64,000 nt of DNA from positions 4,745 to 68,744 of the forward strand of contig CAZTLT010000001.1 in assembly GCA_964614615.1 (NCBI GenBank), given 5' to 3'. Made by a program: the position numbers and the translations under genes. Position 1 is the stretch's first letter; the number at the start of each line of letters is the position of its first letter. Positions 44,610 to 53,271 of this stretch are shown in pieces. The DNA is from an uncultured Aquiluna sp. (GTDB taxonomy: Bacteria > Actinomycetota > Actinomycetes > Actinomycetales > Microbacteriaceae). The notes under the pieces are model-generated. The model was not told where the DNA came from and made no database searches. It saw only the letters and a program-made list of their open reading frames with translations.

Positions 44610-45235
44610 GGCAGCAAGTTGATTATTTCCGCCAAATCTCGTTTCTCAATAGAAACAGCTGCATGCTCTTGCAGAGCTGGCTTGGCACAAAACGCAATGC
44701 CCAAGCCCGCTTGTTGAATCATTTTCACATCGTTAGCCCCATCGCCAACAGCAACGGTCTTCTCGCGCTCCAGTCCAAGTTCCAATTGGAGTGAAAGCAA
44801 AAATTCGGCTTTGGCTGAGCCGTCCACTATCGGTTCAAGGACTTTGCCAGACAATTTGCCATCAACGATTTCTAAATCATTGGCTTTGACAAAATCAAGC
44901 TTGAGTGAGGATCTAATTGGCTCCAACAGCTGATTAAAGCCACCCGAGACTGCTGCTGCCACGCCACCTTGAGCATGAATGGCGGATATCAGTTCGATAG
45001 CACCAAAAGTTAGAGTCAGACGATTGCGGACCTGCTCTAGTTTTGACTCGGGAATCCCAGCCAGCATTGCGACCCGCAGTTTCAAAGACTCCGAAAAATC
45101 CATCTCACCACGCATAGCTGCCGCGGTGATCTGGGCTACTTCGTTGCGGACGCCGGATTCCTCCGCTAGAACTTCGATTGCCTCTTCATTAATCAGAGTG
45201 GAGTCAACGTCAAACACCACAAGAAACCTTGCCAC
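44606..45235 (-). CDS. serB: Phosphoserine phosphatase
   Basis: FDVDSTLI, AMRGEMDF, VSGGF, GDGAND; GTG start after GGGAG. Confidence 0.93.
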   Translation of the reverse strand: MARFLVVFDVDSTLINEEAIEVLAEESGVRNEVAQITAAAMRGEMDFSESLKLRVAMLAGIPESKLEQVRNRLTLTFGAIELISAIHAQGGVAAAVSGGFNQLLEPIRSSLKLDFVKANDLEIVDGKLSGKVLEPIVDGSAKAEFLLSLQLELGLEREKTVAVGDGANDVKMIQQAGLGIAFCAKPALQEHAAVSIEKRDLAEIINLLP

Positions 45236-45321
45236 GCCACTCCCTGAATTGTCTGAGGAAATGTTAGTGGCAAGCTCGACGCTAATGGGCCAATCTAGTT
45301 TGGGGAGGTAGGCTTTTGGCG

Positions 45322-46104
45322 ATGTCAACGGTTATCAATCTGGAAAACGTCAGCGTTATTCGATCGGGCAAGTCCGTACTGAGCTCGCTGAGTTTTGTTG
45401 CCGATTCTTCTGAACGGTGGGTGGTGATTGGGCCGAATGGAGCTGGTAAGACGACCATGCTTCGCTTGTGCGCAGCTCAGATTCAACCCTCTTCCGGTAA
45501 AGCGACAATTCTTGATCAAGAACTTGGAGCCGTCAACGTATTTGAACTGAGAACTCGCATCGGTTTCGCCTCCTCCGGCCTTGTCTCTCAGATACCCAAT
45601 AGTGAATCTGTTTTGAACGCAGTGCTAACTGCCAGTTATGGAGTAGTTGGGCGTTGGAATGAAGAATACGAAGCCCTCGACGAAAAAAGAGCAAAGCGAG
45701 TCTTAGCCGAGTGGGCACTTTCTGGCTATGAGGATCGACCCGTTGGCACGTTGAGCGATGGTGAGAGAAAACGAGTCCAAATCGCGAGATCCGTAATGAC
45801 CGATCCGGAGTTGCTGTTATTGGATGAGCCAGTGGCAAGTTTGGACCCAGGCGCACGAGAGCAAACGATTCGACTATTGAGTGGCTATGCAACCAGCTCG
45901 GCCGCTCCGGCCATGGTGATGGTGACGCATCATTTGGAGGAGATTCCCACTGGATTCACTCATGCCCTGATTTTGCAAGATGGCCAAGTGCTGGCCAAGG
46001 GCGAACTGGGGGCAACAATCACCTCCGCCTCTGTTAGCGAAGCCTTCCGCTATCCACTGCGGGTCGATTATGAGGCGGGCCGCTTCAGGGTGGTCGCGAG
46101 CTAG
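45322..46104 (+). CDS. ABC-type ATP-binding protein (solitary, ModF-like)
   Basis: GPNGAGKT, LSDGERKR, LLLDEP, VTHH; no adjacent permease. Confidence 0.9.
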   Translation: MSTVINLENVSVIRSGKSVLSSLSFVADSSERWVVIGPNGAGKTTMLRLCAAQIQPSSGKATILDQELGAVNVFELRTRIGFASSGLVSQIPNSESVLNAVLTASYGVVGRWNEEYEALDEKRAKRVLAEWALSGYEDRPVGTLSDGERKRVQIARSVMTDPELLLLDEPVASLDPGAREQTIRLLSGYATSSAAPAMVMVTHHLEEIPTGFTHALILQDGQVLAKGELGATITSASVSEAFRYPLRVDYEAGRFRVVAS

Positions 46105-46162
46105 TTTTAGCCAGGGTTTCCTGCTATCCTTGGGGCTTTGCAATCACACCTAGAAGGAAAAA

Positions 46163-46411
46163 ATGAAGGCCGACATTCACCCAGCCTACGGACCAGTCGT
46201 ATTCCGCGACCTTGCCTCAGGCTTCGCCTTTCTGACTCGTTCAACCATCACTACTGACAAGACCATTCAGTGGGAAGATGGAAATAGCTACCCCGTCTAC
46301 GACGTTGAAATTAGCTCGGCGAGCCACCCCTTCTACACCGGTAAGCAGAGAATCATGGATGCTGCTGGCCGCGTTGAGAGATTTAACGAGCGCTACAAGA
46401 ACTTTAGCTAG
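46163..46411 (+). CDS. rpmE2: 50S ribosomal protein L31 type B (Zn-free)
   Basis: [33 protein letters not shown]; no Cys. Confidence 0.96.
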   Translation: MKADIHPAYGPVVFRDLASGFAFLTRSTITTDKTIQWEDGNSYPVYDVEISSASHPFYTGKQRIMDAAGRVERFNERYKNFS

Positions 46412-47111
46412 CCCTGATCGGCCAGCCGATTTCCGCCCGGTCTACCGGGCGGTTTTCTTTTTCTAGCCAATCATGAAAGTTTCTTGTCCAAGCGTCAGAC
46501 CACTTGACTTGTAAGTCGTGCACCAAGTGGGGTTCTTGTCCAAGTTCGGGATATTTGCTTGCCTGTTTTTGCGCGAGTATTCCCGCTGCGATTGCATCAG
46601 CGGTCGAGTTGTGCGCGTCGGTGAGACTAACTCCGTAGAGATCGCAAAGAGTAGTTAGATTCCTCTTCCCAGGTCCAAATCTAAGTTTTCTATCAATCAC
46701 CAATGGGTCAATGACAGGCTTGGGGGAGAGCGGATCCAGCTGGTATCTCAAAGCTTCAAATTGCAAGATCGTGAAATCGTACGGCGCGTTGAACGCAACG
46801 AGCGGCATTACTTGATTCAAACTTCGCAGCTTCGCAACAATCTCATTGATGGCGGTTGCTGCCGATAGGCCCTCGCTCACCGCCTTTTCTGTGGAGATCC
46901 CATGAACCGCGGTCGCTACAGCTGGAATTTCAATTCCAGGATTGACAAGCCACTCAGCTAGTTCCTCAACGTTGCCGCTGGCGTCAATTACCCCCACGCA
47001 GGCGGTGACAACCCGAGCAGTCGAAAGATCCAATCCCGTTGTCTCGAGGTCAAACACAGCGAGCCTCTTCGCCCAACTGGGCAATTCTGAGTCAAATTCA
47101 ACTTCAAACAA
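46404..47111 (-). CDS. DEDDh 3'-5' exonuclease (DnaQ-like)
   Basis: [23 protein letters not shown]; TTG start after AGGAG. Confidence 0.9.
   Translation of the reverse strand: MFEVEFDSELPSWAKRLAVFDLETTGLDLSTARVVTACVGVIDASGNVEELAEWLVNPGIEIPAVATAVHGISTEKAVSEGLSAATAINEIVAKLRSLNQVMPLVAFNAPYDFTILQFEALRYQLDPLSPKPVIDPLVIDRKLRFGPGKRNLTTLCDLYGVSLTDAHNSTADAIAAGILAQKQASKYPELGQEPHLVHDLQVKWSDAWTRNFHDWLEKENRPVDRAEIGWPIRAS
46433..46462 (+). terminator. Intrinsic terminator of rpmE2, lying inside the antisense exonuclease CDS
   Basis: CCGCCCGG-TCTA-CCGGGCGG perfect 8-bp stem followed by TTTTCTTTTT, 21 nt after the rpmE2 stop. Confidence 0.8.
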
Positions 47112-47128
47112 GGTTTCTCCTACCCGCC

Positions 47129-47150
47129 ACGATAGTGGGATGCTTTGACA
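47129..47150 (-). promoter_or_regulatory. Candidate PafBC (RecA-NDp-type) promoter
   Basis: Minus strand TGTCAA-N10-TATCGT; the mycobacterial PafBC motif is TGTCGG-N10-TANNNT. Confidence 0.4.
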
Positions 47151-47164
47151 TTTAGACTGGAGGG

Positions 47165-48010
47165 GTGCAGGTGTTGCAAACATCACCAGATCGTCTTTTT
47201 CGGCTAGCTCAACTTCGACTAGAACGAGCTGACGTAGGAGACACCGCTACCTGGCACCTAGGAGATGGTGGCCCAAGAGTATTACTTGTCCATGGCTTTC
47301 GTGGGGATCACCATGGTTTGCTTGGTGTCGCGGGCGCTCTTCCTGAGGCAAGATTTGTGATTCCGGATTTACCAGGTTTTGGAAAATCAAAGCAACTATC
47401 CACTGAACATTCGATTGAAAACTACGCTAACTGGCTCGTTAAGTTCGTGGAGCAGACTGGAGAGTTTGACGCGATCTTGGCTCACAGCTTTGGCACCTTG
47501 GTCCTTAGCCGCGCATTGGCAAATGGTTTACCCGCCTCACGCGTACTTTTGCAGAATCCCATTTCGACCACTCAGCGGGGCGGACCACTGAATTCAATCG
47601 CTGATAGGTATTACGAGTTAGGCAAAGCTGAGGGATCCAACCTCTTGCGTTCTCAACTGGTAGTTCGGGGCATGTCCATTGCATTAGCAACAACGCTGAA
47701 GCCGAGCATCCGGAGAATGATTCATCGCCAACACTCGGCCCACTTTTCAACCTTCGCAACTAACCGGAGTGTTTACGAGGGTTATCAGGCAGCTACCAGC
47801 TCAAATGTGTTGGATTATGCCAGGCACCTGCCAGCAAGAACTTTCATTGTTGCGGGGGAAAGAGACATCGTGGCACCACTTGCAGGGCAGAGGGAGTTTG
47901 CCAGGATTACTGGCGCTGAGCTAAAAGTGATTAAGGACACCGGTCACCTCACTCACTATGAGACTCCCGCAGAGGTTGCCAGCTACCTGGCTGAACTGCT
48001 GGAGCGATAG
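47165..48010 (+). CDS. Alpha/beta hydrolase
   Basis: HGFRGDHHG, PDLPGFG, AHSFG nucleophile elbow, GERD, GH. Confidence 0.88.
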   Translation: MQVLQTSPDRLFRLAQLRLERADVGDTATWHLGDGGPRVLLVHGFRGDHHGLLGVAGALPEARFVIPDLPGFGKSKQLSTEHSIENYANWLVKFVEQTGEFDAILAHSFGTLVLSRALANGLPASRVLLQNPISTTQRGGPLNSIADRYYELGKAEGSNLLRSQLVVRGMSIALATTLKPSIRRMIHRQHSAHFSTFATNRSVYEGYQAATSSNVLDYARHLPARTFIVAGERDIVAPLAGQREFARITGAELKVIKDTGHLTHYETPAEVASYLAELLER

Positions 48011-49090
48011 ATGAAGGGTTTGTGGTTCGATGGGCGCTATATCGATCCAGTTCACCCTGACGGCATTTCGCGATTCTCGTTAGGAATAATTTCAGCAGCA
48101 CTGGAGCTGACGGAGCTTACTGTCATGGTCAATAGTGATGAACAGGCAAAACAGCTTCCTAAACACAAGAATCTGACAATTTACAAAACCAATCCCGTTG
48201 CTTCACCTAAAGAGTTGTTCCAAGCTCGACGTTTAAACAAGCTTGGAGTGAAGGTACTTTTTTCTCCCATGCAGACAACCTCTGGGCTGGGTAGAAAGTT
48301 TAAGTTGGTATACACGCTGCACGACCTAATCTATTACCGCCACAGAACCCCGCCGGCTGATTTCAACATTTTTATTCGTGTGACTTGGTACTTGTTTCAC
48401 CTGAGCTATTGGCCCCAAAGACGAATTCTCAATCTCGCAGATGCGGTCGCGACGGTCTCCGAAACAACCAAAGATCAGATGGAGGTTCATCGCCTTACCA
48501 AACGTGATATTTACGTCATTCACAATGCCGCGGACGCGCCAGAGCGATTGGAAAAGAAGACACGCCACGATAGCAAAGAGATTGTTTACATGGGGAGCTT
48601 CATCGGATACAAGAATGTCGAAACTCTAATTAGAGGTATGCGGCTACTACCTGACCACACCCTGGTATTACTAAGTCGAATCTCGGATGCTCGAAGAAGA
48701 CAGTTAGAGAAACTAGCTAGGAAATTCTCCGCAAACGTGCGATTCGAAAATGGTGTCACTGACGATAATTACCATGAGTGGCTGCACCGGGCGAAGGCGC
48801 TGGTTAGTGCCTCCCTAGACGAAGGGTTTGGAATCCCAGTGGTTGAAGCTATGGCCCGAGGTTGTCCAGTAGTCCTAAGCGATATCCAAATCTTTGAAGA
48901 GGTTGCAGGCCCCGCAGGTCTTCGATTCGCACCTTTCAATGAAATAGCATTCGCGGAACAGGTGAAGCGGTTGGACGACAAAAATACCTGGAAACTTCAA
49001 TCAGCTCTTGGCATAGATCAGGCGCAATTTTTTACTTGGGAAGACAGTGCGGAACTTTTGATTGAGCTGGCTGAGCAATTAGCTACCTAG
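48011..49090 (+). CDS. Glycosyltransferase (GT-B, GT4-like)
   Basis: TLHDLIY, YKN, EGFGIPVVEAM. Confidence 0.9.
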   Translation: MKGLWFDGRYIDPVHPDGISRFSLGIISAALELTELTVMVNSDEQAKQLPKHKNLTIYKTNPVASPKELFQARRLNKLGVKVLFSPMQTTSGLGRKFKLVYTLHDLIYYRHRTPPADFNIFIRVTWYLFHLSYWPQRRILNLADAVATVSETTKDQMEVHRLTKRDIYVIHNAADAPERLEKKTRHDSKEIVYMGSFIGYKNVETLIRGMRLLPDHTLVLLSRISDARRRQLEKLARKFSANVRFENGVTDDNYHEWLHRAKALVSASLDEGFGIPVVEAMARGCPVVLSDIQIFEEVAGPAGLRFAPFNEIAFAEQVKRLDDKNTWKLQSALGIDQAQFFTWEDSAELLIELAEQLAT

Positions 49091-49657
49091 GGGTTTAGGG
49101 GACCATTGGTCCAAAGACCAGACCCCGCTGCCTCTGACAATATTTAAGGAGGCATTTTCTAGGCGCTCACCCTTGGGTGGGATCTCCCCATTGGTAACAA
49201 CTTGTAGAACAAACCTAATTAGTGCTCCGTGGCTTACTGCCAAGATTCTTTTTCCAGTGAATTTCGAGTGAAACTCGTCAAGTAATTTCTCAGCCCGCGA
49301 TGTGATTTCGGGAGTAGATTCTGCACCCGGTATTTGATCAAGGTGAGCAAACTTTTGGCTCCACTCGTCATAAAGCATGCCCTCGCCAATACCAAAAGCT
49401 CTTTCCAGCAACAGTTGATCTTCGATGATGTTTTCTAGCCCTAAATGGTTAGCCAAGATGTTGGCGGTTTCTTTTGCTCGCCCCAGGGGCGAGCTGATAA
49501 TCAAGTCCCAGGGATGTTTGGCGACTTCAATTGCGGCTCGTTGGACTTGAGAAATGCCATAAGCGTTCATCGGAATGTCTGCGGTTCCCTGCAGGCGCAG
49601 GTCAATGTTCCAGTCGGTCTGTCCGTGGCGAAACAAGCCAATAACGGTTTCGCTCAA
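49079..49657 (-). CDS. Histidine phosphatase family protein
   Basis: RHGQTDWN, SSPLGRAKET, VSHG; TTGA overlap with the sirtuin stop. Confidence 0.9.
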   Translation of the reverse strand: MSETVIGLFRHGQTDWNIDLRLQGTADIPMNAYGISQVQRAAIEVAKHPWDLIISSPLGRAKETANILANHLGLENIIEDQLLLERAFGIGEGMLYDEWSQKFAHLDQIPGAESTPEITSRAEKLLDEFHSKFTGKRILAVSHGALIRFVLQVVTNGEIPPKGERLENASLNIVRGSGVWSLDQWSPKPLGS

Positions 49658-50481
49658 CTAAATATCTCCCTCAGCACTACTGACGTCGAGTGGTTGATTT
49701 TGACGGCCACCAAATTATCGGCTTTGGTTTCGCCAAGATTTACGACTACAACTGGCTTGCCTTGATTGATAGCTTGCTTAACCAAGCGCAGCCCAGAATT
49801 CACCGTTAAAGAGCTACCCGCGACCAACACTGCTTCAGCCGCAGCGACCCAAGACTCAGCCAGCTCGACCCTATTCTTTGGTACCTGTTCACCAAAGAAA
49901 ACTACATCGGGTTTGAAGTGTAAACCGCATGCGCAGTTAGGAACTTGGAAGTCCTCGGCAACTTCAAGTTCGGCGTCACCGTCTGGCGAAAACTCGACTT
50001 CTAGGTTCTGACTGATGGTCGGATTTAGTTCAAGGATAAGTTGATCCATTTCCTGCCTATATATGGTTTTCCTGCAGCCAACACAGGCTATTCGATCAAG
50101 TCTTCCGTGAAGTTCAATCACATTTTCGCTGCCAGCTTTCTGATGAAGGCCATCAACATTCTGGGTAATGATTCCCATCAGCTTTTGATTTTGTTCAGCC
50201 TGCGCAAGTGCGACGTGGCCAGGGTTGATTGGAGCTCTTTCAATTCTTCGAAAACCAACAAAACTGCGGGCCCAGTAGCGAGCCCTGTTGCGTTCGGATC
50301 CCATAAATTCATCAAAAGTCAGCGGGTGTTTTTGAACCCGGCCCTCGCCTCGATAATCCGGTATTCCGCTGTCTGTCGATATACCAGCCCCGGTTAGAGC
50401 AAGTACCTTCTTGCCGGCAAGAATGCTGCGTGCATGTTCGACGCTATAGCTAATCGCGGGGGAGAGGTGGGGATTACTCAC
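49654..50481 (-). CDS. Sir2-family NAD-dependent deacylase (class II-like)
   Basis: GAGISTDSGIPDYRG, TQNVDGLH, ELHG, KPDVVFFGE, GSSL. Confidence 0.93.
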   Translation of the reverse strand: MSNPHLSPAISYSVEHARSILAGKKVLALTGAGISTDSGIPDYRGEGRVQKHPLTFDEFMGSERNRARYWARSFVGFRRIERAPINPGHVALAQAEQNQKLMGIITQNVDGLHQKAGSENVIELHGRLDRIACVGCRKTIYRQEMDQLILELNPTISQNLEVEFSPDGDAELEVAEDFQVPNCACGLHFKPDVVFFGEQVPKNRVELAESWVAAAEAVLVAGSSLTVNSGLRLVKQAINQGKPVVVVNLGETKADNLVAVKINHSTSVVLREIFS

Positions 50482-50503
50482 GCAAAGGATTCTACTTAGT
50501 CAG

Positions 50504-50587
50504 TGTCCGAGGGGGGACTCGAACCCCCACCCTCTATACGAGGACTAGCACCTCAAGCTAGCGCGTCTACCATTCCGCCACCCGGAC
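50504..50587 (-). tRNA. tRNA-Leu(GAG), CCA not encoded
   Basis: Reverse complement GTCCGGGTGGCGGAATGGTAGACGCGCTAGCTTGAGGTGCTAG...GGTTCGAGTCCCCCCTCGGACA; anticodon GAG; long variable arm. Confidence 0.95.
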
Positions 50588-50670
50588 TTACGAGTGGTAA
50601 ATCTACCACGAGAGCAGATTGGGGCAGCAAGGTGTTTGGAATCAGGGGCTAGAGGCGATAACTTTTAGGT

Positions 50671-50877
50671 ATGCATGAAGATCCGACAGTTGCTCTGCAG
50701 AAGTTTGTATCAGCCCTTGAGCGTCACTTAGCAGTTGCCGCAACCAAGCGGGATGGTTCGGATGAAGCGCTTAATAAGGCATACGAACAACTGGAGGACG
50801 CATTTCTGGGTTACGAGGAAGCACTTCAGCAAACCTACGGTGAATACTTGCCATTTGAGCAAGCAGAGGATCAGTGA
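50671..50877 (+). CDS. Small acidic helical hypothetical protein of a type conserved in actinobacteria
   Basis: DP..AL..FV.ALERHL...AF..YEEAL pattern; GTGA overlap with uppP; leaderless-type -10 upstream. Confidence 0.75.
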   Translation: MHEDPTVALQKFVSALERHLAVAATKRDGSDEALNKAYEQLEDAFLGYEEALQQTYGEYLPFEQAEDQ

Positions 50878-51701
50878 CTTTAGTTGAGGCGCTGATCCTT
50901 GGACTAATCCAAGGACTCACTGAGTTTCTTCCAATCTCCTCTTCGGCGCACGTACAAATCGCTCAAGAGCTCATGGGTATGTCGGAGCTAACTAAGCCTG
51001 AGCTCACCGCTTTTATTGCGACCATTCAGATTGGTACTGAACTTGCTGTAGTGCTTTACTTCGCAAAGACTATTTGGTCGATAATTGCAGCTTGGTTTAG
51101 CAATGGTTTTAGAAGCTGGAATCAGCAATCACAAGAGGCGAAGCTGGGCTGGCTAATCATTATTGGAACTGTCCCGATTGCAGTCCTTGGGCTAACTTTC
51201 GAATCACAAATAGAACAGGACGTTCGTCAGCTTTGGGTCATTGCGATTACCCTGATTGTTTTCGGAGTTCTGCTCGGTATAGCCGATCGCTTCGGTAGCA
51301 AGACAAAAAAAATCGAACAGCTGGACCTAAAGAGTGGTTTGGCCTTTGGATTTGGGCAAGCACTGGCATTGGTGCCAGGAGTATCTCGTTCTGGCGGATC
51401 CATCACCGTTGGGCTTCTTCTGGGATTTACCAGAGAGGCAGCGGCTCGTTACAGCTTTTTGCTTGCCATTCCGGCAGTTCTCGCAGCCGGTATTTATCAG
51501 TTTGTGAAAAGTTTTGGCAATTTGCCTACAGAAATGATGTTTGCAACTTCACTTGCCACAGTAGTTAGTTTCGTATCTGGATATGCAGTAATTGCGTGGC
51601 TACTTAGGTACCTAGAGCGCGGTTCTTACATGCCATTTGTGATCTGGCGAATACTGGTTGGGGTTGGCTTGCTAGTTCTGCTCAGCGCAGGAGCTGTCTA
51701 A
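50874..51701 (+). CDS. uppP: Undecaprenyl-diphosphate phosphatase
   Basis: QGLTEFLPISSSAH, PGVSRSG, AARYSFLLAIP. Confidence 0.96.
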   Translation: MTLVEALILGLIQGLTEFLPISSSAHVQIAQELMGMSELTKPELTAFIATIQIGTELAVVLYFAKTIWSIIAAWFSNGFRSWNQQSQEAKLGWLIIIGTVPIAVLGLTFESQIEQDVRQLWVIAITLIVFGVLLGIADRFGSKTKKIEQLDLKSGLAFGFGQALALVPGVSRSGGSITVGLLLGFTREAAARYSFLLAIPAVLAAGIYQFVKSFGNLPTEMMFATSLATVVSFVSGYAVIAWLLRYLERGSYMPFVIWRILVGVGLLVLLSAGAV

Positions 51702-52546
51702 CTCTTGTCGGGTGACTCTGGGCGCTGGCGAAGATAGCGCTCAAATTCTCTTGCGAGAGCATCACCAGATACTTCTTCGCTCTCCATAGAGTCGCGATTT
51801 TTCTCAAGTTGAGTGACATATGCAGACATTTCATCATCACCTTGCGCCATCTCGTCGATTGAGCGTTCCCACTCAAATGCAAGGCTTGCCAAACTCGATG
51901 AATCGAATGAGAACTCAGTTAGGGAGGCTAGTTCATTGAGAAATGTGAGAGCTGCCTTCGGGTTAGTGGTGTTGTGAACATAGTGGGGGACTGATCCCCA
52001 CAGCGATAGAACCGGGATGCCTTCAGCTTCAAAAGCTTGGGCTAACACTGTGAGGATGCCTACTGGCCCTTCATAACGGGATGGCTCTAAATCAAAAAGC
52101 TGCTGCAGGGATTCATTTTGTGAGCTTCTAAAAACCTGCATTGGTCTGGTATGGGGGACATCGGCAAGCATGGCGCCAAGCATGATGACGTAATCGATGT
52201 CGCGATCTTGTACCATTTCCAGAATCTCGCCGGCAAAGCTCAGCCATCTCCTGGAGGGCTCAGTGCCCAGCAACAGATAGAGATTCTGAAGTGATGGGTT
52301 CTCCTCGAGTTTTTCGGGTGACGCCTGAAGTAATTCACACCCGGGCCAGGAGATAATCCGAGTTCCGTTGGCATCAAATTCGACCACTGGTCTTGAAAAC
52401 TGGAAGTCGTAGTAGTCCTCAGGATCCACGGCGTCGAGGGTGTTCATTTGGAGCTGCTCGGCTATCGCCTTCAGTGCACCCGAGGCTCCCTCGGTGGCAT
52501 CATTCCAGCCCTCGAAAGCAACCAGTAGCACCCGCCCTGTCAGCAT
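51698..52546 (-). CDS. PAC2-family (proteasome assembly chaperone-like) protein
   Basis: AFEGWNDA, YYDFQFSRP, LADVPHTRP, YEGPVGI, VPHYV; ATG 52546 after AAGGAG. Confidence 0.9.
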   Translation of the reverse strand: MLTGRVLLVAFEGWNDATEGASGALKAIAEQLQMNTLDAVDPEDYYDFQFSRPVVEFDANGTRIISWPGCELLQASPEKLEENPSLQNLYLLLGTEPSRRWLSFAGEILEMVQDRDIDYVIMLGAMLADVPHTRPMQVFRSSQNESLQQLFDLEPSRYEGPVGILTVLAQAFEAEGIPVLSLWGSVPHYVHNTTNPKAALTFLNELASLTEFSFDSSSLASLAFEWERSIDEMAQGDDEMSAYVTQLEKNRDSMESEEVSGDALAREFERYLRQRPESPDKS

Positions 52547-52602
52547 TTGACTCCTTAGCCCAGATGAAAACTCTAGTTCACCTCGCAACTAGACTTACCG
52601 CA

Positions 52603-53271
52603 ATGTCAAAAAACCCCTTTCCAATGGCTGTGCTCTGGGACCTAGATGGAACCTTGATTGATTCCGAACACTACTGGGCAATCAGCCAAACCCGGTTGGC
52701 AAAGCACTATGGGGCTATTTGGACCGAAGAGGACGAGAAGGGCGTGATTGGCTCCTCGCTTTATGACTCATCAGCTCTAATCAAGTCAAAATTTGGAATC
52801 GAAGATCGCTCAGTTCAAGAAATCATCGACCACCTAACAGATGAGGTGATAGAACAAATGAGGGCTTCGCTGCCTTGGCGGCCAGGTGCGCTGGAGCTGC
52901 TACTGGAGCTAAAGCAGGCTGGCATCAAGACTGCGATGGTGACTATGTCAATGCGACGAATGGCGCTGGCAGTAGTCGAATCGATCCCGTTTAAGGCTTT
53001 TGATGCAGTGGTTGCAGGAGATGACGTCACATTCGGTAAGCCTCACCCCGAGCCTTACCTCAGAGCTGCCGAGCTGTTAGAGGTTGAACCTCGTCACTGC
53101 ATAGCATTTGAGGACTCGATCACTGGGCTTAGTAGCGCAGTTGCCGCTGGCACCAACGCCGTTGGGGTAACCAATTTGTTGGAGCTTCCAACTGGGGCGG
53201 ATAGAAAGATTATTTCTTCGCTGCATGGGCTAACAGTTGATAGCTTGCAAGATTTGAGAATCCATGTCTGA
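52603..53271 (+). CDS. HAD-family phosphatase
   Basis: WDLDGTLIDSE, KPHPEPYL, FEDS; start ATG 52603 lies 7 nt after TAGACT. Confidence 0.9.
   Translation: MSKNPFPMAVLWDLDGTLIDSEHYWAISQTRLAKHYGAIWTEEDEKGVIGSSLYDSSALIKSKFGIEDRSVQEIIDHLTDEVIEQMRASLPWRPGALELLLELKQAGIKTAMVTMSMRRMALAVVESIPFKAFDAVVAGDDVTFGKPHPEPYLRAAELLEVEPRHCIAFEDSITGLSSAVAAGTNAVGVTNLLELPTGADRKIISSLHGLTVDSLQDLRIHV

Noticed and set aside
46105-46162. Zur box upstream of the Zn-free L31 gene
   Set aside because: No palindromic Zur-like motif seen; only a TATCCT -10 and an SD
50504-50587. tRNA-Leu(GAG) as an integration site
   Set aside because: No integrase or att repeat seen; downstream genes match the rest of the window in style
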